A stretch of DNA of 64,000 nucleotides from NCBI GenBank assembly GCA_024402405.1, contig JAKSTW010000004.1, positions 6,253 through 70,252 on the forward strand. Reading direction: 5' to 3'. The notes under the pieces are model-generated. The model was not told the origin of the DNA and made no database searches. It saw nothing but the letters and a program-made list of their open reading frames with translations. This document shows, piece after piece, positions 17,985 to 27,178 of this stretch. The translations under genes and the position numbers were made by a program. Source of the stretch: Spirochaetia bacterium. GTDB lineage: Bacteria > Spirochaetota > Spirochaetia > CADAEX01. Position 1 is the first letter of the stretch. Every line of letters begins with the position of its first letter.

Positions 17985-18060
17985 CTTTTCTGAAAGTACA
18001 GGAACATTGGAATTTGGTCAACGCTTGCACCGCATATTGTTTTTTTGTTATGATTTCAGT

Positions 18061-19407
18061 ATGAAAACAAAAGGAAAAATTCCGCTTTCGGTACAAATCA
18101 TTTATGGCCTTGGGGTCAGTTATGCGATTTTTGACCAGATCTTTGCTCAGTGGGTACTGACCTATTATCTGCCTCCGCAGAAATTCAGTTTCTCTGCATT
18201 CATGTCACCGCTTTTTATCGCGCTGGCACTGATCATATCCAGGTTTGTTGATATGGTGTCAGATCCTCTGGTCGGGTACTGGTCTGACCGTACCAATACC
18301 AGATTCGGACGGCGTATACCGTTTATCTGTCTGGGGGCTGTTCCGCTGGCTCTCAGCACTGTTGCATTTTTCTTTCCTGTGAAATCAGGTGGTGCCAGCT
18401 CTTTTATGTTCCTGGCGTGTGTGGGCAGCCTGTTCTTTATTTTTTATACGATCGTAGGTGCGCCGTATAATGCGCTTATCACTGAGCTTTCCTCAAACAG
18501 GGATGACCGGCTGAATCTTTCCACATGGCAGGCAGTTTTCAGACTGGTATATTCTGCCATAGCAATGATCCTGCCCGGTATTCTGATTTCTGTGCTGGGA
18601 CATGGTGATGATGAGAAAGGGCTGCGCCTTATGGTCATCTTCCTTTCTCTGTTTGCCTTGGTGGGACTTTTCATTGTTTCTTTTGGTGTCAATGAGAAGA
18701 AATATTCCGGTGATGCAAAATCAGAATGCAGTCTGAAAGGATCCCTCAGACTGATCTTCAGTGAGAAGCCCTTCATCTGGTATCTTGCCGGTCTTACATT
18801 CTTCTTTATCGGATTCAATATTCTCAGGGCTACCATGAACTACTTTGTTGTGGATATCATGGGCAAAAGCACCGCTATGATAACTCCTGTTTCTGCCCTT
18901 TTCTTCGGCACCGCGGCGCTGTTCTTCTATCCGGTGAAGAAGTTTTCATACAGATTTGGCTACAGATTGCCTATGCTGCTGTCACTTCTTATGCTGGCAG
19001 TCCTCAGCTGTACGCTCTATCTTCTGGGAAGAGGTATTCCTGCGGGATGCGGATTTATTATTTTCGCGCTGTGCGGCATTCCTGTGGCAGGTGCCGCATT
19101 TATTTTTCCCCAGGCTATGCTCAGCGAGATAAGTGCTTATGTGTCATCAAAGACAGAAGAGAATATCGGGGGAATATTTTTCGGGATCCAGGGATTTTTC
19201 CTCAAGCTGGCATTTCTGGTCTCCATTGCCATTCTGCCTGCTGTGCTGGTGTGGGATGGCACAGTTCCGTTCATCCAGATGATGGTCAGTGTTCCTAAAC
19301 AGCCGGAGACAGTCGGTATCTACAGAAGTGCCTGCACTGCTGGTATCTGCTTTGTGCTGGCATTTATATGTTATTGGTTCTACAGGGAGAAGAAAGCTGA
19401 TGAGTGA
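18061..19407 (+). CDS. GPH-family (glycoside-pentoside-hexuronide:cation symporter) MFS transporter
   Basis: Motif DPLVGYWSDRTNTRFGRRIPFI. 12 TM. Start placed at MKTKGKIPLSV rather than the upstream ATG at 18007. Confidence 0.7.
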   Translation: MKTKGKIPLSVQIIYGLGVSYAIFDQIFAQWVLTYYLPPQKFSFSAFMSPLFIALALIISRFVDMVSDPLVGYWSDRTNTRFGRRIPFICLGAVPLALSTVAFFFPVKSGGASSFMFLACVGSLFFIFYTIVGAPYNALITELSSNRDDRLNLSTWQAVFRLVYSAIAMILPGILISVLGHGDDEKGLRLMVIFLSLFALVGLFIVSFGVNEKKYSGDAKSECSLKGSLRLIFSEKPFIWYLAGLTFFFIGFNILRATMNYFVVDIMGKSTAMITPVSALFFGTAALFFYPVKKFSYRFGYRLPMLLSLLMLAVLSCTLYLLGRGIPAGCGFIIFALCGIPVAGAAFIFPQAMLSEISAYVSSKTEENIGGIFFGIQGFFLKLAFLVSIAILPAVLVWDGTVPFIQMMVSVPKQPETVGIYRSACTAGICFVLAFICYWFYREKKADE

Positions 19408-19894
19408 CAGTGATTTTTCAGAAGTTGTACGCCTCAATAATCTTGGGTATGACCATTTTCTTAAAAAAGAATTTGATGAGGCCATAAAGTGTTATGATCA
19501 GGCGCTGGCTCTGTGTCATGAGAAAGAGCAGAAAGCCGGTATGCTCTATAACAAGGGAATGAGTCTGATGGAGTCCGGCAAGCATGACGAGGGAGCTGAG
19601 GTCTTGAACCAGGCTGCTTCCATGATGCGCGACAATGGTGAGTTCCTTAATGAATGCGGTCTCCTGTGCTTCAACAATAAGTGCAACTGTGAAGCAGGGT
19701 ATTTCTACGGGCTGGCGGAGAAAGCCGGCACTCCGGGCACCAGTCTGCTGAACAATATAGGGGTGCTGAATTTTGTCCAGGGAAATTATAAGAAGGCTGC
19801 CGATTATTTTCAGGCTGCACTGGAGGCAGACAGGAACAATTCAGATGCCCGGCTGAATCTGGAAGATACCAGGGAAGTTCTGGGTGATTGTTGA
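19402..19894 (+). CDS. TPR-repeat protein
   Basis: Start ATG overlaps the stop of the upstream transporter (ATGAGTGAC). TPR-like repeats (AIKCYDQALAL..., KAADYFQAALEAD). Confidence 0.5.
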
Positions 19895-19941
19895 TAGTAA
19901 AATTGAAATTTATTATATTTAATATATCGAGGTAAAAAGAA

Positions 19942-21813
19942 ATGGCATCACATCAGTTTCAGACAGAAGTATCTCAGCTTCTGCATCTGATCATTCATTC
20001 ACTTTATTCCAATAAGGAAATTTTCCTTAGGGAACTTATCTCCAATGCCTCTGATGCATTGGACAAACTTAAATATCTTTCACTTACTGATGATAAATAT
20101 AAAAGTTTGGATCAGGAATTCAGGATCGATATTAAATTTGATGAGGAGGCTCACACTCTTACGATCGCTGATACCGGTATCGGTATGAACGATGAGGAGC
20201 TGGCCCAGAACCTTGGAACCATAGCGAAGTCAGGAACCAAGAGCTTTTTGGCTAATCTCTCAGGAGATGCCAAAAAGGATTCCAACCTTATCGGACAGTT
20301 CGGAGTAGGCTTCTACTCAGCATATATGGTGGCTGATAAAATTGAGGTTCTTACCAAGAAACCGGGAGATTCCCAGGGCTGGAAGTGGACCAGTGACGGC
20401 AAGGGCGAGTTCGACATATCTCCTGCTGAGAAAGAGAATTACGGAACATCAATCACTCTTTATCTGAATGATGAGGGCAAGGAATACACTACCAGATGGC
20501 AGCTGGAGCTTCTTATAAAGAAATATTCAGACCATATCTCTTTCCCTATCTATCTGGAATATATGTCCGTGAGATATGAAGGAGACGAGAAGGATCCGAA
20601 GGAGATCAAAGAGAAGAAGATCGAGAAGATCAATTCCGGTTCAGCATTGTGGAAAAGATCCAAGTCTGAGCTTACAGATGCAGATTACAATGAGTTTTAC
20701 AAGACCATCTCCCATGATACTGAGGATCCTCTGTTCTATGTGCACACAAAGGCTGAGGGAACACTGGAATATACGACACTGTTCTTTATTCCTAAGAAGG
20801 CACCTTTTGATATGCTCCATGCTGATTACAAACCGGGCGTGAAGCTTTATGTCTCCAGAGTCTTCATAACCGATGATGACCAGGAGCTTATGCCTGTATA
20901 CCTGAGATTCCTCCGGGGTGTCATTGATTCTGAGGATCTGCCGCTGAACGTAAGCCGTGAGATCCTCCAGCAGAATAAGATCATGTCTTCTATCAGAAAT
21001 GCTTCTGTAAAGAAAGTGCTGGCCGAGCTGAAATCTCTCAGTGAGAGCAACAAAGAGAAATATAATGAGTTCATCAAACAGTACAATGTAGTTCTGAAAG
21101 AGGGAATCTGGTCTGACTGGGCTAACCGTGACACACTGCTGGATCTGGTGAGATTCAAGTCGACCGTTGCAGACGGATATACAAGCTTTGCTGATTATGT
21201 GGGACGTATGAAGGAAGGGCAGAAAGCCATCTATTACATTACCGGCGGAAATGAGCAGAGCCTGAAGGCTTCTCCGCTTATCGAGGCATATAAGGCAAAA
21301 GGATATGAAGTTCTGGTAATGGATGACCCTAGGATTGACGAGATAGTTCTTTCCGCACTTGGAAAATACAAGGATTATGACCTGAAGTCAGTGAACAAGT
21401 CAGGTTCTGCCGAGGAACTGAAGAGTGCTGAGGATGAGGCAAAGGCTGATGCACTCAAACCTGTGCTGGAAAAAATAAAGAATGTTCTTGGTGATAAGAT
21501 CAAGAAGGCAGTTGTGTCCAGCAGGCTCAGCGATTCACCTTCCTGTATAGTTGCAGATGAGAATGATCCTACCATGGAGATGCAGGAAATACTCCGTTCC
21601 ATCGGACAGCAGAAAGATGATTGTGCACCTGTTCTGGAGATCAATCCTGATCATGTCATTGTGAAGAGACTGGCTGATACCGATGATAAGGAGACAGTTG
21701 AGGATATCAGCTGGCTGCTTCTGGATGAGGCAAAGCTGGCTGAGGGTGCAAAACTGGATGACCCTGCCGGATTTATCAGAAGGATCAACAAACTGGCTGA
21801 AAAAGCCCTGTGA
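19942..21813 (+). CDS. htpG: molecular chaperone HtpG (Hsp90)
   Basis: 623 aa. N-terminal GHKL ATPase motifs (ELISNASDALDK, IGQFGVGFYS) and full-length Hsp90 architecture. Confidence 0.92.
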   Translation: MASHQFQTEVSQLLHLIIHSLYSNKEIFLRELISNASDALDKLKYLSLTDDKYKSLDQEFRIDIKFDEEAHTLTIADTGIGMNDEELAQNLGTIAKSGTKSFLANLSGDAKKDSNLIGQFGVGFYSAYMVADKIEVLTKKPGDSQGWKWTSDGKGEFDISPAEKENYGTSITLYLNDEGKEYTTRWQLELLIKKYSDHISFPIYLEYMSVRYEGDEKDPKEIKEKKIEKINSGSALWKRSKSELTDADYNEFYKTISHDTEDPLFYVHTKAEGTLEYTTLFFIPKKAPFDMLHADYKPGVKLYVSRVFITDDDQELMPVYLRFLRGVIDSEDLPLNVSREILQQNKIMSSIRNASVKKVLAELKSLSESNKEKYNEFIKQYNVVLKEGIWSDWANRDTLLDLVRFKSTVADGYTSFADYVGRMKEGQKAIYYITGGNEQSLKASPLIEAYKAKGYEVLVMDDPRIDEIVLSALGKYKDYDLKSVNKSGSAEELKSAEDEAKADALKPVLEKIKNVLGDKIKKAVVSSRLSDSPSCIVADENDPTMEMQEILRSIGQQKDDCAPVLEINPDHVIVKRLADTDDKETVEDISWLLLDEAKLAEGAKLDDPAGFIRRINKLAEKAL

Positions 21814-21840
21814 TATATCTTTAGTTGTAAAAACAACAGA

Positions 21841-21880
21841 GCCCTTTGCTGAAAGATTCAGCAGGGGGCTTTTTTATTTA
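21841..21880 (+). terminator. rho-independent terminator after htpG
   Basis: GCCCTTTGCTGAA...TTCAGCAGGGGGC hairpin followed by TTTTTTATTT. Confidence 0.5.
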
Positions 21881-21886
21881 TGCCTG
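21865..21886 (+). repeat. 22-bp direct repeat, copy 1 (GGGGCTTTTTTATTTATGCCTG)
   Basis: Exact 22-nt identity with 23292-23313. Confidence 0.7.
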
Positions 21887-21959
21887 CAATCAGTACACTT
21901 GGAAACAGCAATTTCTGCATTTTATATTCTATTTATTAGTGGAAAGTTGATGATGGTAT

Positions 21960-22325
21960 TTATTGTTTAATTCTGTCAAAAGCAGTATCGACTGCTGTTT
22001 TTAAATTGGCTATTATTTCTTGTCGAACCTGTTCTATATTTGCATTTGGAGAATATTCCTGAGAAAATAGCTCTATCGAGTGTATATTCAGCGCATATGC
22101 TATACGCTCCAACATTCTTGCAGAAGGAAATTTCTTACCCTGCTCTATGAGCGATATGTAGTTCGGAGCTGCTCCAACTTTCTCAGCTAGATCTGCCTGT
22201 GAAATTCCCATTCCTTTTCTGAGAGCTTTCATGTTCATGGAAAGGTGGTGCTGGAGTTCTGTCATATAACCTCTGGATATAATTTTAAAAATTATACACA
22301 TCATGGTTATAGATTGACAAAGCAC
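21960..22325 (-). CDS. XRE-family HTH transcriptional regulator
   Basis: HTH MGISQADLAEKVGAAPNYISLIEQGKKFP. Confidence 0.65.
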   Translation of the reverse strand: MLCQSITMMCIIFKIISRGYMTELQHHLSMNMKALRKGMGISQADLAEKVGAAPNYISLIEQGKKFPSARMLERIAYALNIHSIELFSQEYSPNANIEQVRQEIIANLKTAVDTAFDRIKQ

Positions 22326-22379
22326 TAATAGAGATATTATAACTAATGGTAATACAAATGTTTTTGTTTGGAGTGAATT

Positions 22380-23252
22380 GTGAATAAAAAAATGAAAAAA
22401 TTTTTGTTTTTGTGTTTTGCAATTTGTATCGCTGTTTTATTAGTTAATTGCAGTGATGGGGGCAAAGGTGGCGATGTTGTAGGAGGCGATGATATCCCAA
22501 ATTATCTCTGCTTCACGGCTGATGCTGACAGAAGTTTGATTTCTGCTGAAGTTTTTAATGGATATGTAGATCCGTTGCCAGTACTTGAGTATTCCATAGA
22601 TGGAGTAAACTGGAGAACATTTATTATAGGTGGAACTAGGGTAAAACTCAACAAAGGTGATAAAGTATATTTAAAAGCAAAAGATAAAAATGAGTCATTC
22701 TCAGAGTATGGTGATTATATAAGATTTTGCATGGAAGGTAGTATAGTAGCCAGTGGCAACATAATGAGCCTGCTGGACAGCACCTGTCAGTCTGTAGAGA
22801 TCCCATGTGATTATTGCTTTAATAATTTATTTGATAGATGTATTAGTTTGACTATTGCATCTATATTATTGCCTGCGACAAAGCTGACCAAGGGGTGTTA
22901 TTCGGCTATGTTCAACGACTGCTATAATTTAAGAACTGCACCTGAGCTACCTGCTGTCATATTGGCTGAACAGTGTTATGAATGTATGTTTTTGCAATGT
23001 GAAAGTCTTGAAACTGCGCCTAAATTGCCAGCGACTACACTGGCTAAAGGATGCTATGAGGGTATGTTTCATGAGTGTAGCAAGCTTACTGCCGTAGAAG
23101 TTTCATTTACGGATTGGAATGAGACAGAATATGCTACTGATGGTTGGCTTGATGGTGTGTCTGCTGCTGGAACATTTGTCTGTCCTGCAGAACTTGATAC
23201 CAGTACAAAAGATACCAGCCATGTACCGGAAAACTGGGCTGTAAATCCATAA
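22380..23252 (+). CDS. BspA-type leucine-rich-repeat surface lipoprotein
   Basis: Signal peptide and lipobox (LLVNCSD). Tandem repeats of about 23 aa (KGCYSAMFNDCYNLRTAPELPA / EQCYECMFLQCESLETAPKLPA / KGCYEGMFHECSKLTAVEV) typical of BspA-like LRRs. Confidence 0.7.
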   Translation: MNKKMKKFLFLCFAICIAVLLVNCSDGGKGGDVVGGDDIPNYLCFTADADRSLISAEVFNGYVDPLPVLEYSIDGVNWRTFIIGGTRVKLNKGDKVYLKAKDKNESFSEYGDYIRFCMEGSIVASGNIMSLLDSTCQSVEIPCDYCFNNLFDRCISLTIASILLPATKLTKGCYSAMFNDCYNLRTAPELPAVILAEQCYECMFLQCESLETAPKLPATTLAKGCYEGMFHECSKLTAVEVSFTDWNETEYATDGWLDGVSAAGTFVCPAELDTSTKDTSHVPENWAVNP

Positions 23253-23291
23253 GCATAGTTGATTACTTATACTGCCTATCGGTATTATTTT

Positions 23292-23313
23292 GGGGCTTTT
23301 TTATTTATGCCTG
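23292..23313 (+). repeat. 22-bp direct repeat, copy 2 (GGGGCTTTTTTATTTATGCCTG)
   Basis: Exact 22-nt identity with 21865-21886. Lacks the upstream hairpin arm present at copy 1. Confidence 0.7.
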
Positions 23314-23339
23314 TCCTCATCTTCTGACATTATTTTCCC

Positions 23340-23825
23340 TCAATCCTCAGCGCGGAGAAGGTCTATGAGCTTTCCTTTGGCAATATAGTCTTCACTCCAG
23401 GATGACATATCCAGCCTGATTGCTGCCATGTGTCCTGGTTTCATGATCGTTCCCATGCCCAGAAGACGTCCTGCCAGGCTTTCCAGCGCAGGATTGTGGG
23501 CCACTATCATGACTGTCTGTGCAGTTCCTGCGTTCTTTGCAAGAAATTCCATTATATCTTCTGCTCCGGCGGAGTACAGTTCCTCGCAGTTTCTGAGTTT
23601 CCCGGCATAACCTGAATTCTTTATGAAAATAGCCGCAGTTTCCTGTGCTCTGACTGCAGTGGATGCAAAGATGACCTGTGGCAGCTCATATCCTATCTCT
23701 TTGAAGAGTCTGGCAGTATCTGCTGCCCGTTTCCTGCCTGTGTCTGTCAGAATCCTGGTGAAATCTGACATCATTGATGGTTCAGCCTTTTCATGTCTGA
23801 ACAGATAAAGCGTAAGCATGATCAT
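23340..23825 (-). CDS. histidine-phosphatase-superfamily protein, SixA-like phosphohistidine phosphatase
   Basis: 161 aa. N-terminal LYLFRHEKA (RHG-like catalytic His) and a second His region VAHNPALESLAG. Confidence 0.55.
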   Translation of the reverse strand: MIMLTLYLFRHEKAEPSMMSDFTRILTDTGRKRAADTARLFKEIGYELPQVIFASTAVRAQETAAIFIKNSGYAGKLRNCEELYSAGAEDIMEFLAKNAGTAQTVMIVAHNPALESLAGRLLGMGTIMKPGHMAAIRLDMSSWSEDYIAKGKLIDLLRAED

Positions 23826-23828
23826 ATC

Positions 23829-24785
23829 CTATGAATTTCTTCCTGTTTTCCAGTGCCAGACTATTCTGCCTGTGCCGCCTGGGAAAGGGGAGAGTTTGTT
23901 GAAATCCGGGTTCCATTCTTCTGTGATCTCGTCTTCCTGTATGAACCCGTCCTCGATTCCATATTCATCCAGGTAAGAATAGACCATGTCCATTTCTGAC
24001 CTGTCCAGGATCCGCTGTGGGAAATCATCATATTCAGGAGATGCCGCTTTTGGTGAATACTGGAACATCACGGAAAGCAGTGCCTTGTCTTTCAGATTCT
24101 CGCTGTACCATTTCAGTACGCGTTCTGTCATTTCAAGGTACCCGGGAATCACCAGATGCCGTATTATGGTGCCGCTGATGATCTTGTCGTCTTTGAATAC
24201 AAGCGGCTTGGACTCTGCCATCTTGATGACTGACTCTTTTGCTCTTTCCGGGTAATCAGACGCATTGAAGAATACAGCTGCGAAATGATGGTTCAGTGTC
24301 TTCAGATCCGGGAGATATACATCAGTGAATGTGTTTACGATGTCCAGCATCTCCGCAGTCTCATATCCTGATGAATTCCACAGTACCGGTATTTTCAGTC
24401 CTTTTTCCCTGGCTTCAGCTATTCCTAAAGCTATGGACGGAATGAACTGAGTTCCGGTGACCAGATTTATATTCTCTGCCCCTGCATTCTGGAGATCCAT
24501 ACAGATGCCGGCAAACTCGGAGACAGACACCTCTTTCCCTATTCCTCCGCGGCTTATCTGATGGTTCTGACAGAACTTGCACTGCAGTGTGCATCCTGTG
24601 AAAAATATAGTGCCTGAGCCATTTTTGCCTGTGATCGGCGGTTCCTCACCTTTGTGCAGAAGTGCGCAGGCAATGCGTATCTGGTCGGATTCACGGCAGA
24701 ATCCGCAGGCTGAAGTCCTGTCTGTGCCGCAGCCACGTCCGCACAGATGGCATTTTCTGTATATGTCCAGTATATTGTCATTCAT
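23829..24785 (-). CDS. radical SAM enzyme (PflX/AmmeMemoRadiSam-type activase-like)
   Basis: CTLQCKFC (Cx3Cx2C) radical SAM motif. N-terminal Cys-rich CHLCGRGCG...CGFC. ORF-track N-terminus (to 24899) overlaps tRNA-Leu, so start reset to the ATG at 24785 (MNDNILDIY...). Confidence 0.65.
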   Translation of the reverse strand: MNDNILDIYRKCHLCGRGCGTDRTSACGFCRESDQIRIACALLHKGEEPPITGKNGSGTIFFTGCTLQCKFCQNHQISRGGIGKEVSVSEFAGICMDLQNAGAENINLVTGTQFIPSIALGIAEAREKGLKIPVLWNSSGYETAEMLDIVNTFTDVYLPDLKTLNHHFAAVFFNASDYPERAKESVIKMAESKPLVFKDDKIISGTIIRHLVIPGYLEMTERVLKWYSENLKDKALLSVMFQYSPKAASPEYDDFPQRILDRSEMDMVYSYLDEYGIEDGFIQEDEITEEWNPDFNKLSPFPGGTGRIVWHWKTGRNS

Positions 24786-24843
24786 ATTGAAGGTATTATT
24801 GATTGACAAAAAATTAAAGTCAATGTACTTTGATAACATACAT

Positions 24844-24928
24844 GCCGGTGTGGCGAAATTGGTAGACGCAGCAGACTCAAAATCTGCCGGTGGCAACACT
24901 GTATCGGTTCGAGTCCGATCACCGGTAA
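24844..24928 (+). tRNA. tRNA-Leu (anticodon CAA)
   Basis: Long variable arm, anticodon loop cTCAAaa, GGTTCGAGTCC T-arm. Confidence 0.85.
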
Positions 24929-25007
24929 CTTATATTTCCCTTTCCTATCCCTTTATTTTTTTTTCATATTATATTATATTAAAATCAGCAAATACTAAGG
25001 AGCTATT

Positions 25008-25682
25008 ATGAATATTCTTATTTTCGGACCTAACGGAAGCGGCAAGGGAACACTTGGCGCAAAAATCAAAGAGAAATATCCTGTTGCACACATTGAGTCT
25101 GGAGCGATCTTCAGAGAGAACATCAAGGGTGGCACAGAGCTTGGAAAAGCTGCTAAGGCTTATATCGACAGAGGAGACCTGGTTCCAGATGAGATCACAA
25201 TCCCTATGATCCTTGACAGACTCCAGAAAGATGACTGCAAGGGCGGCTGGCTTCTTGACGGTTTCCCAAGAAATAAGGTTCAGGCTGAGAAACTTGATGA
25301 GGCTCTCAAGGCAAAAGGAATCAAGCTTGACTATGTAGTTGAGATCCTTCTTGACAGACAGACAGCAAAGAACAGAATCATGGGAAGAAGACTCTGCGCT
25401 AATGACAACAACCATCCTAACAACATCTACATTGATGCAATCAAGCCTAACGGAGACAAGTGCCGTGTATGCGGCGGTGCTCTTTCCGCAAGAAATGATG
25501 ACCAGGATGAAGGCGCAATCACAAAACGCCATGACATCTACTACAACACAGACAATGGAACACTTGCTTCAGCATATTATTTCAAGAATATCGCTGCAAA
25601 AGATGGTTTCAAGTATGTGACACTGGATGGAAGCAAGAGCGTTCCTGAAGTTCTGGCTCAGATGCTCGCTGCTCTCAACTGA
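25008..25682 (+). CDS. adk: adenylate kinase
   Basis: 224 aa. P-loop GPNGSGKGT, and a LID region with Cys pair CRVCGG. Confidence 0.8.
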   Translation: MNILIFGPNGSGKGTLGAKIKEKYPVAHIESGAIFRENIKGGTELGKAAKAYIDRGDLVPDEITIPMILDRLQKDDCKGGWLLDGFPRNKVQAEKLDEALKAKGIKLDYVVEILLDRQTAKNRIMGRRLCANDNNHPNNIYIDAIKPNGDKCRVCGGALSARNDDQDEGAITKRHDIYYNTDNGTLASAYYFKNIAAKDGFKYVTLDGSKSVPEVLAQMLAALN

Positions 25683-25709
25683 TAGTTCCGTATAAACGGT
25701 AAATCAAAG

Positions 25710-25749
25710 CAGATATGCCTGTGGTTTTCAGGTGTATCTGCTTTTTTTA
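25710..25749 (+). terminator. rho-independent terminator after adk
   Basis: GCAGATA...TATCTGC stem followed by TTTTTTT. Confidence 0.45.
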
Positions 25750-25827
25750 TGTACATGATCACAGATCGATGTCATTGCATTTCTGATTTCAATAAAAAAA
25801 ATTTCTTAAAAAATTTTATTCATTTTA

Positions 25828-25856
25828 TTGTAAACGAAAAGCAGATGTTATATAAT
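25828..25856 (+). promoter_or_regulatory. sigma-70-like promoter TTGTAA-17-TATAAT
   Basis: TTGTAA at 25828-33, 17-nt spacer, TATAAT at 25851-56, about 55 nt upstream of the AGGAGG-preceded ATG at 25913. Confidence 0.4.
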
Positions 25857-25912
25857 TTTTCCCGTTGCAGAGATTGCGATAGTCTATGTGTGTTGATTCA
25901 GGAGGATTTCTT

Positions 25913-27106
25913 ATGAGTCGTATGGTGGGAACTGTTTCAAGAGGTCTCCGTGCCCCTATCATCAGGGAGGGAGATGATCTTGTTAAGATCGTTACAGATA
26001 CTGTGCTTGAGGCATCTAAGCAGGATGGCTTCAAGATTCATGACCGTGATGTTGTGGCTATGACTGAGGCTATTGTTGCCAGAGCCCAGGGCAATTATGC
26101 TGCTGTCAGCGATATTGCTGCTGATGTGAAAGCCAAACTTGGCGGCGGTACAGTGGGAGTCATTTTCCCTATCATGAGCCGTAACCGTTTTGCAATATGT
26201 CTGAGAGGAATAGCATCCGGTGCAAAGAAAGTGATCGTAATGCTTTCATATCCGTCTGACGAAGTTGGAAACCATCTGTTTGATCTTGACCTGCTGGATG
26301 AAAAAGGAGTTGATCCTTATAAGGATGTTCTTACAGAAAAGAAATACCATGAGCTGTTCGGTTATCCTAAGCATCAGTTCACCGGCATGGATTATGTTGA
26401 GTATTACAAGCAGCTGATCACTGAGAACGGCGCTGAGGCTGAGATCATTTTCGCCAACAACCCAAGGGCTATCCTTGCTTATACAAAGAATGTCATCTGT
26501 GCTGATATCCATACAAGAGCCAGGACCAAGAGAATTCTCAAGGCTGCCGGCGGGGAGAGGATCTACGGACTTGACGAGATCATGAACGCTCCTGTTAATG
26601 GCAGCGGATGCAATGAGAAATATGGTCTGCTGGGTTCCAACAAAGCTACTGAAGATAAAGTCAAACTGTTCCCTAGAGACTGCCAGGGACTGGTTGAGAA
26701 GATTCAGGCTGAACTGCTGAAGGCTACAGGAAAGCGTGTGGAAGTCATGGTCTATGGAGACGGTGCTTTCAAGGATCCTGTTGGTAAGATCTGGGAGCTT
26801 GCTGACCCTATTGTTTCCCCTGCATATACTTCTGGACTCGAAGGAACACCTAATGAGCTGAAGCTGAAATATCTGGCCGACAATGATTTCGCATCACTTT
26901 CCGGCGATGCGCTGAAGGATGCCATTAAGGGTGAGATCCGCAAGAAAGACGGAAATCTGGTTGGAAAGATGGTATCTGAGGGAACCACACCGAGACGTCT
27001 CACTGATCTGATCGGATCACTGTGTGACCTGACATCTGGAAGCGGTGACAAGGGAACTCCTATTGTTTACATCCAGGGATATTTTGACAACTACACAACA
27101 GACTGA
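25913..27106 (+). CDS. CofE-like (F420-0:gamma-glutamyl ligase family) protein with C-terminal extension
   Basis: N-terminal VGTVSRGLRAPIIREGDDLVKIV...VVAMTEAIVARAQGN resembles the CofE fold. Total 397 aa versus about 250 aa for CofE. Start reset to the ATG with AGGAGG 7 nt upstream. Confidence 0.5.
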   Translation: MSRMVGTVSRGLRAPIIREGDDLVKIVTDTVLEASKQDGFKIHDRDVVAMTEAIVARAQGNYAAVSDIAADVKAKLGGGTVGVIFPIMSRNRFAICLRGIASGAKKVIVMLSYPSDEVGNHLFDLDLLDEKGVDPYKDVLTEKKYHELFGYPKHQFTGMDYVEYYKQLITENGAEAEIIFANNPRAILAYTKNVICADIHTRARTKRILKAAGGERIYGLDEIMNAPVNGSGCNEKYGLLGSNKATEDKVKLFPRDCQGLVEKIQAELLKATGKRVEVMVYGDGAFKDPVGKIWELADPIVSPAYTSGLEGTPNELKLKYLADNDFASLSGDALKDAIKGEIRKKDGNLVGKMVSEGTTPRRLTDLIGSLCDLTSGSGDKGTPIVYIQGYFDNYTTD

Positions 27107-27127
27107 TTTGTTCTGAAGAATGATAAC

Positions 27128-27163
27128 AGCCACATGACATAAATTGTTATGTGGCTTTTTTTA
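27128..27163 (+). terminator. rho-independent terminator
   Basis: AGCCACAT...ATGTGGCT hairpin followed by TTTTTTT. Confidence 0.55.
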
Positions 27164-27178
27164 TGGTAATATATAGTT

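Noticed and set aside
18007-18060. Upstream ATG start for the GPH transporter (MEFGQRLHRILFFCYDFS...)
   Set aside because: The extension is non-hydrophobic and overlaps the divergent pnuC promoter region. The conserved transporter N-terminus begins at MKTKGKIPLSV (18061).
24786-24899. N-terminal 38 codons of the radical SAM ORF as given in the ORF track
   Set aside because: The region overlaps the oppositely oriented tRNA-Leu (24844-24928) and its promoter. The start is moved to the ATG at 24785, which precedes the conserved Cys-rich N-terminus.
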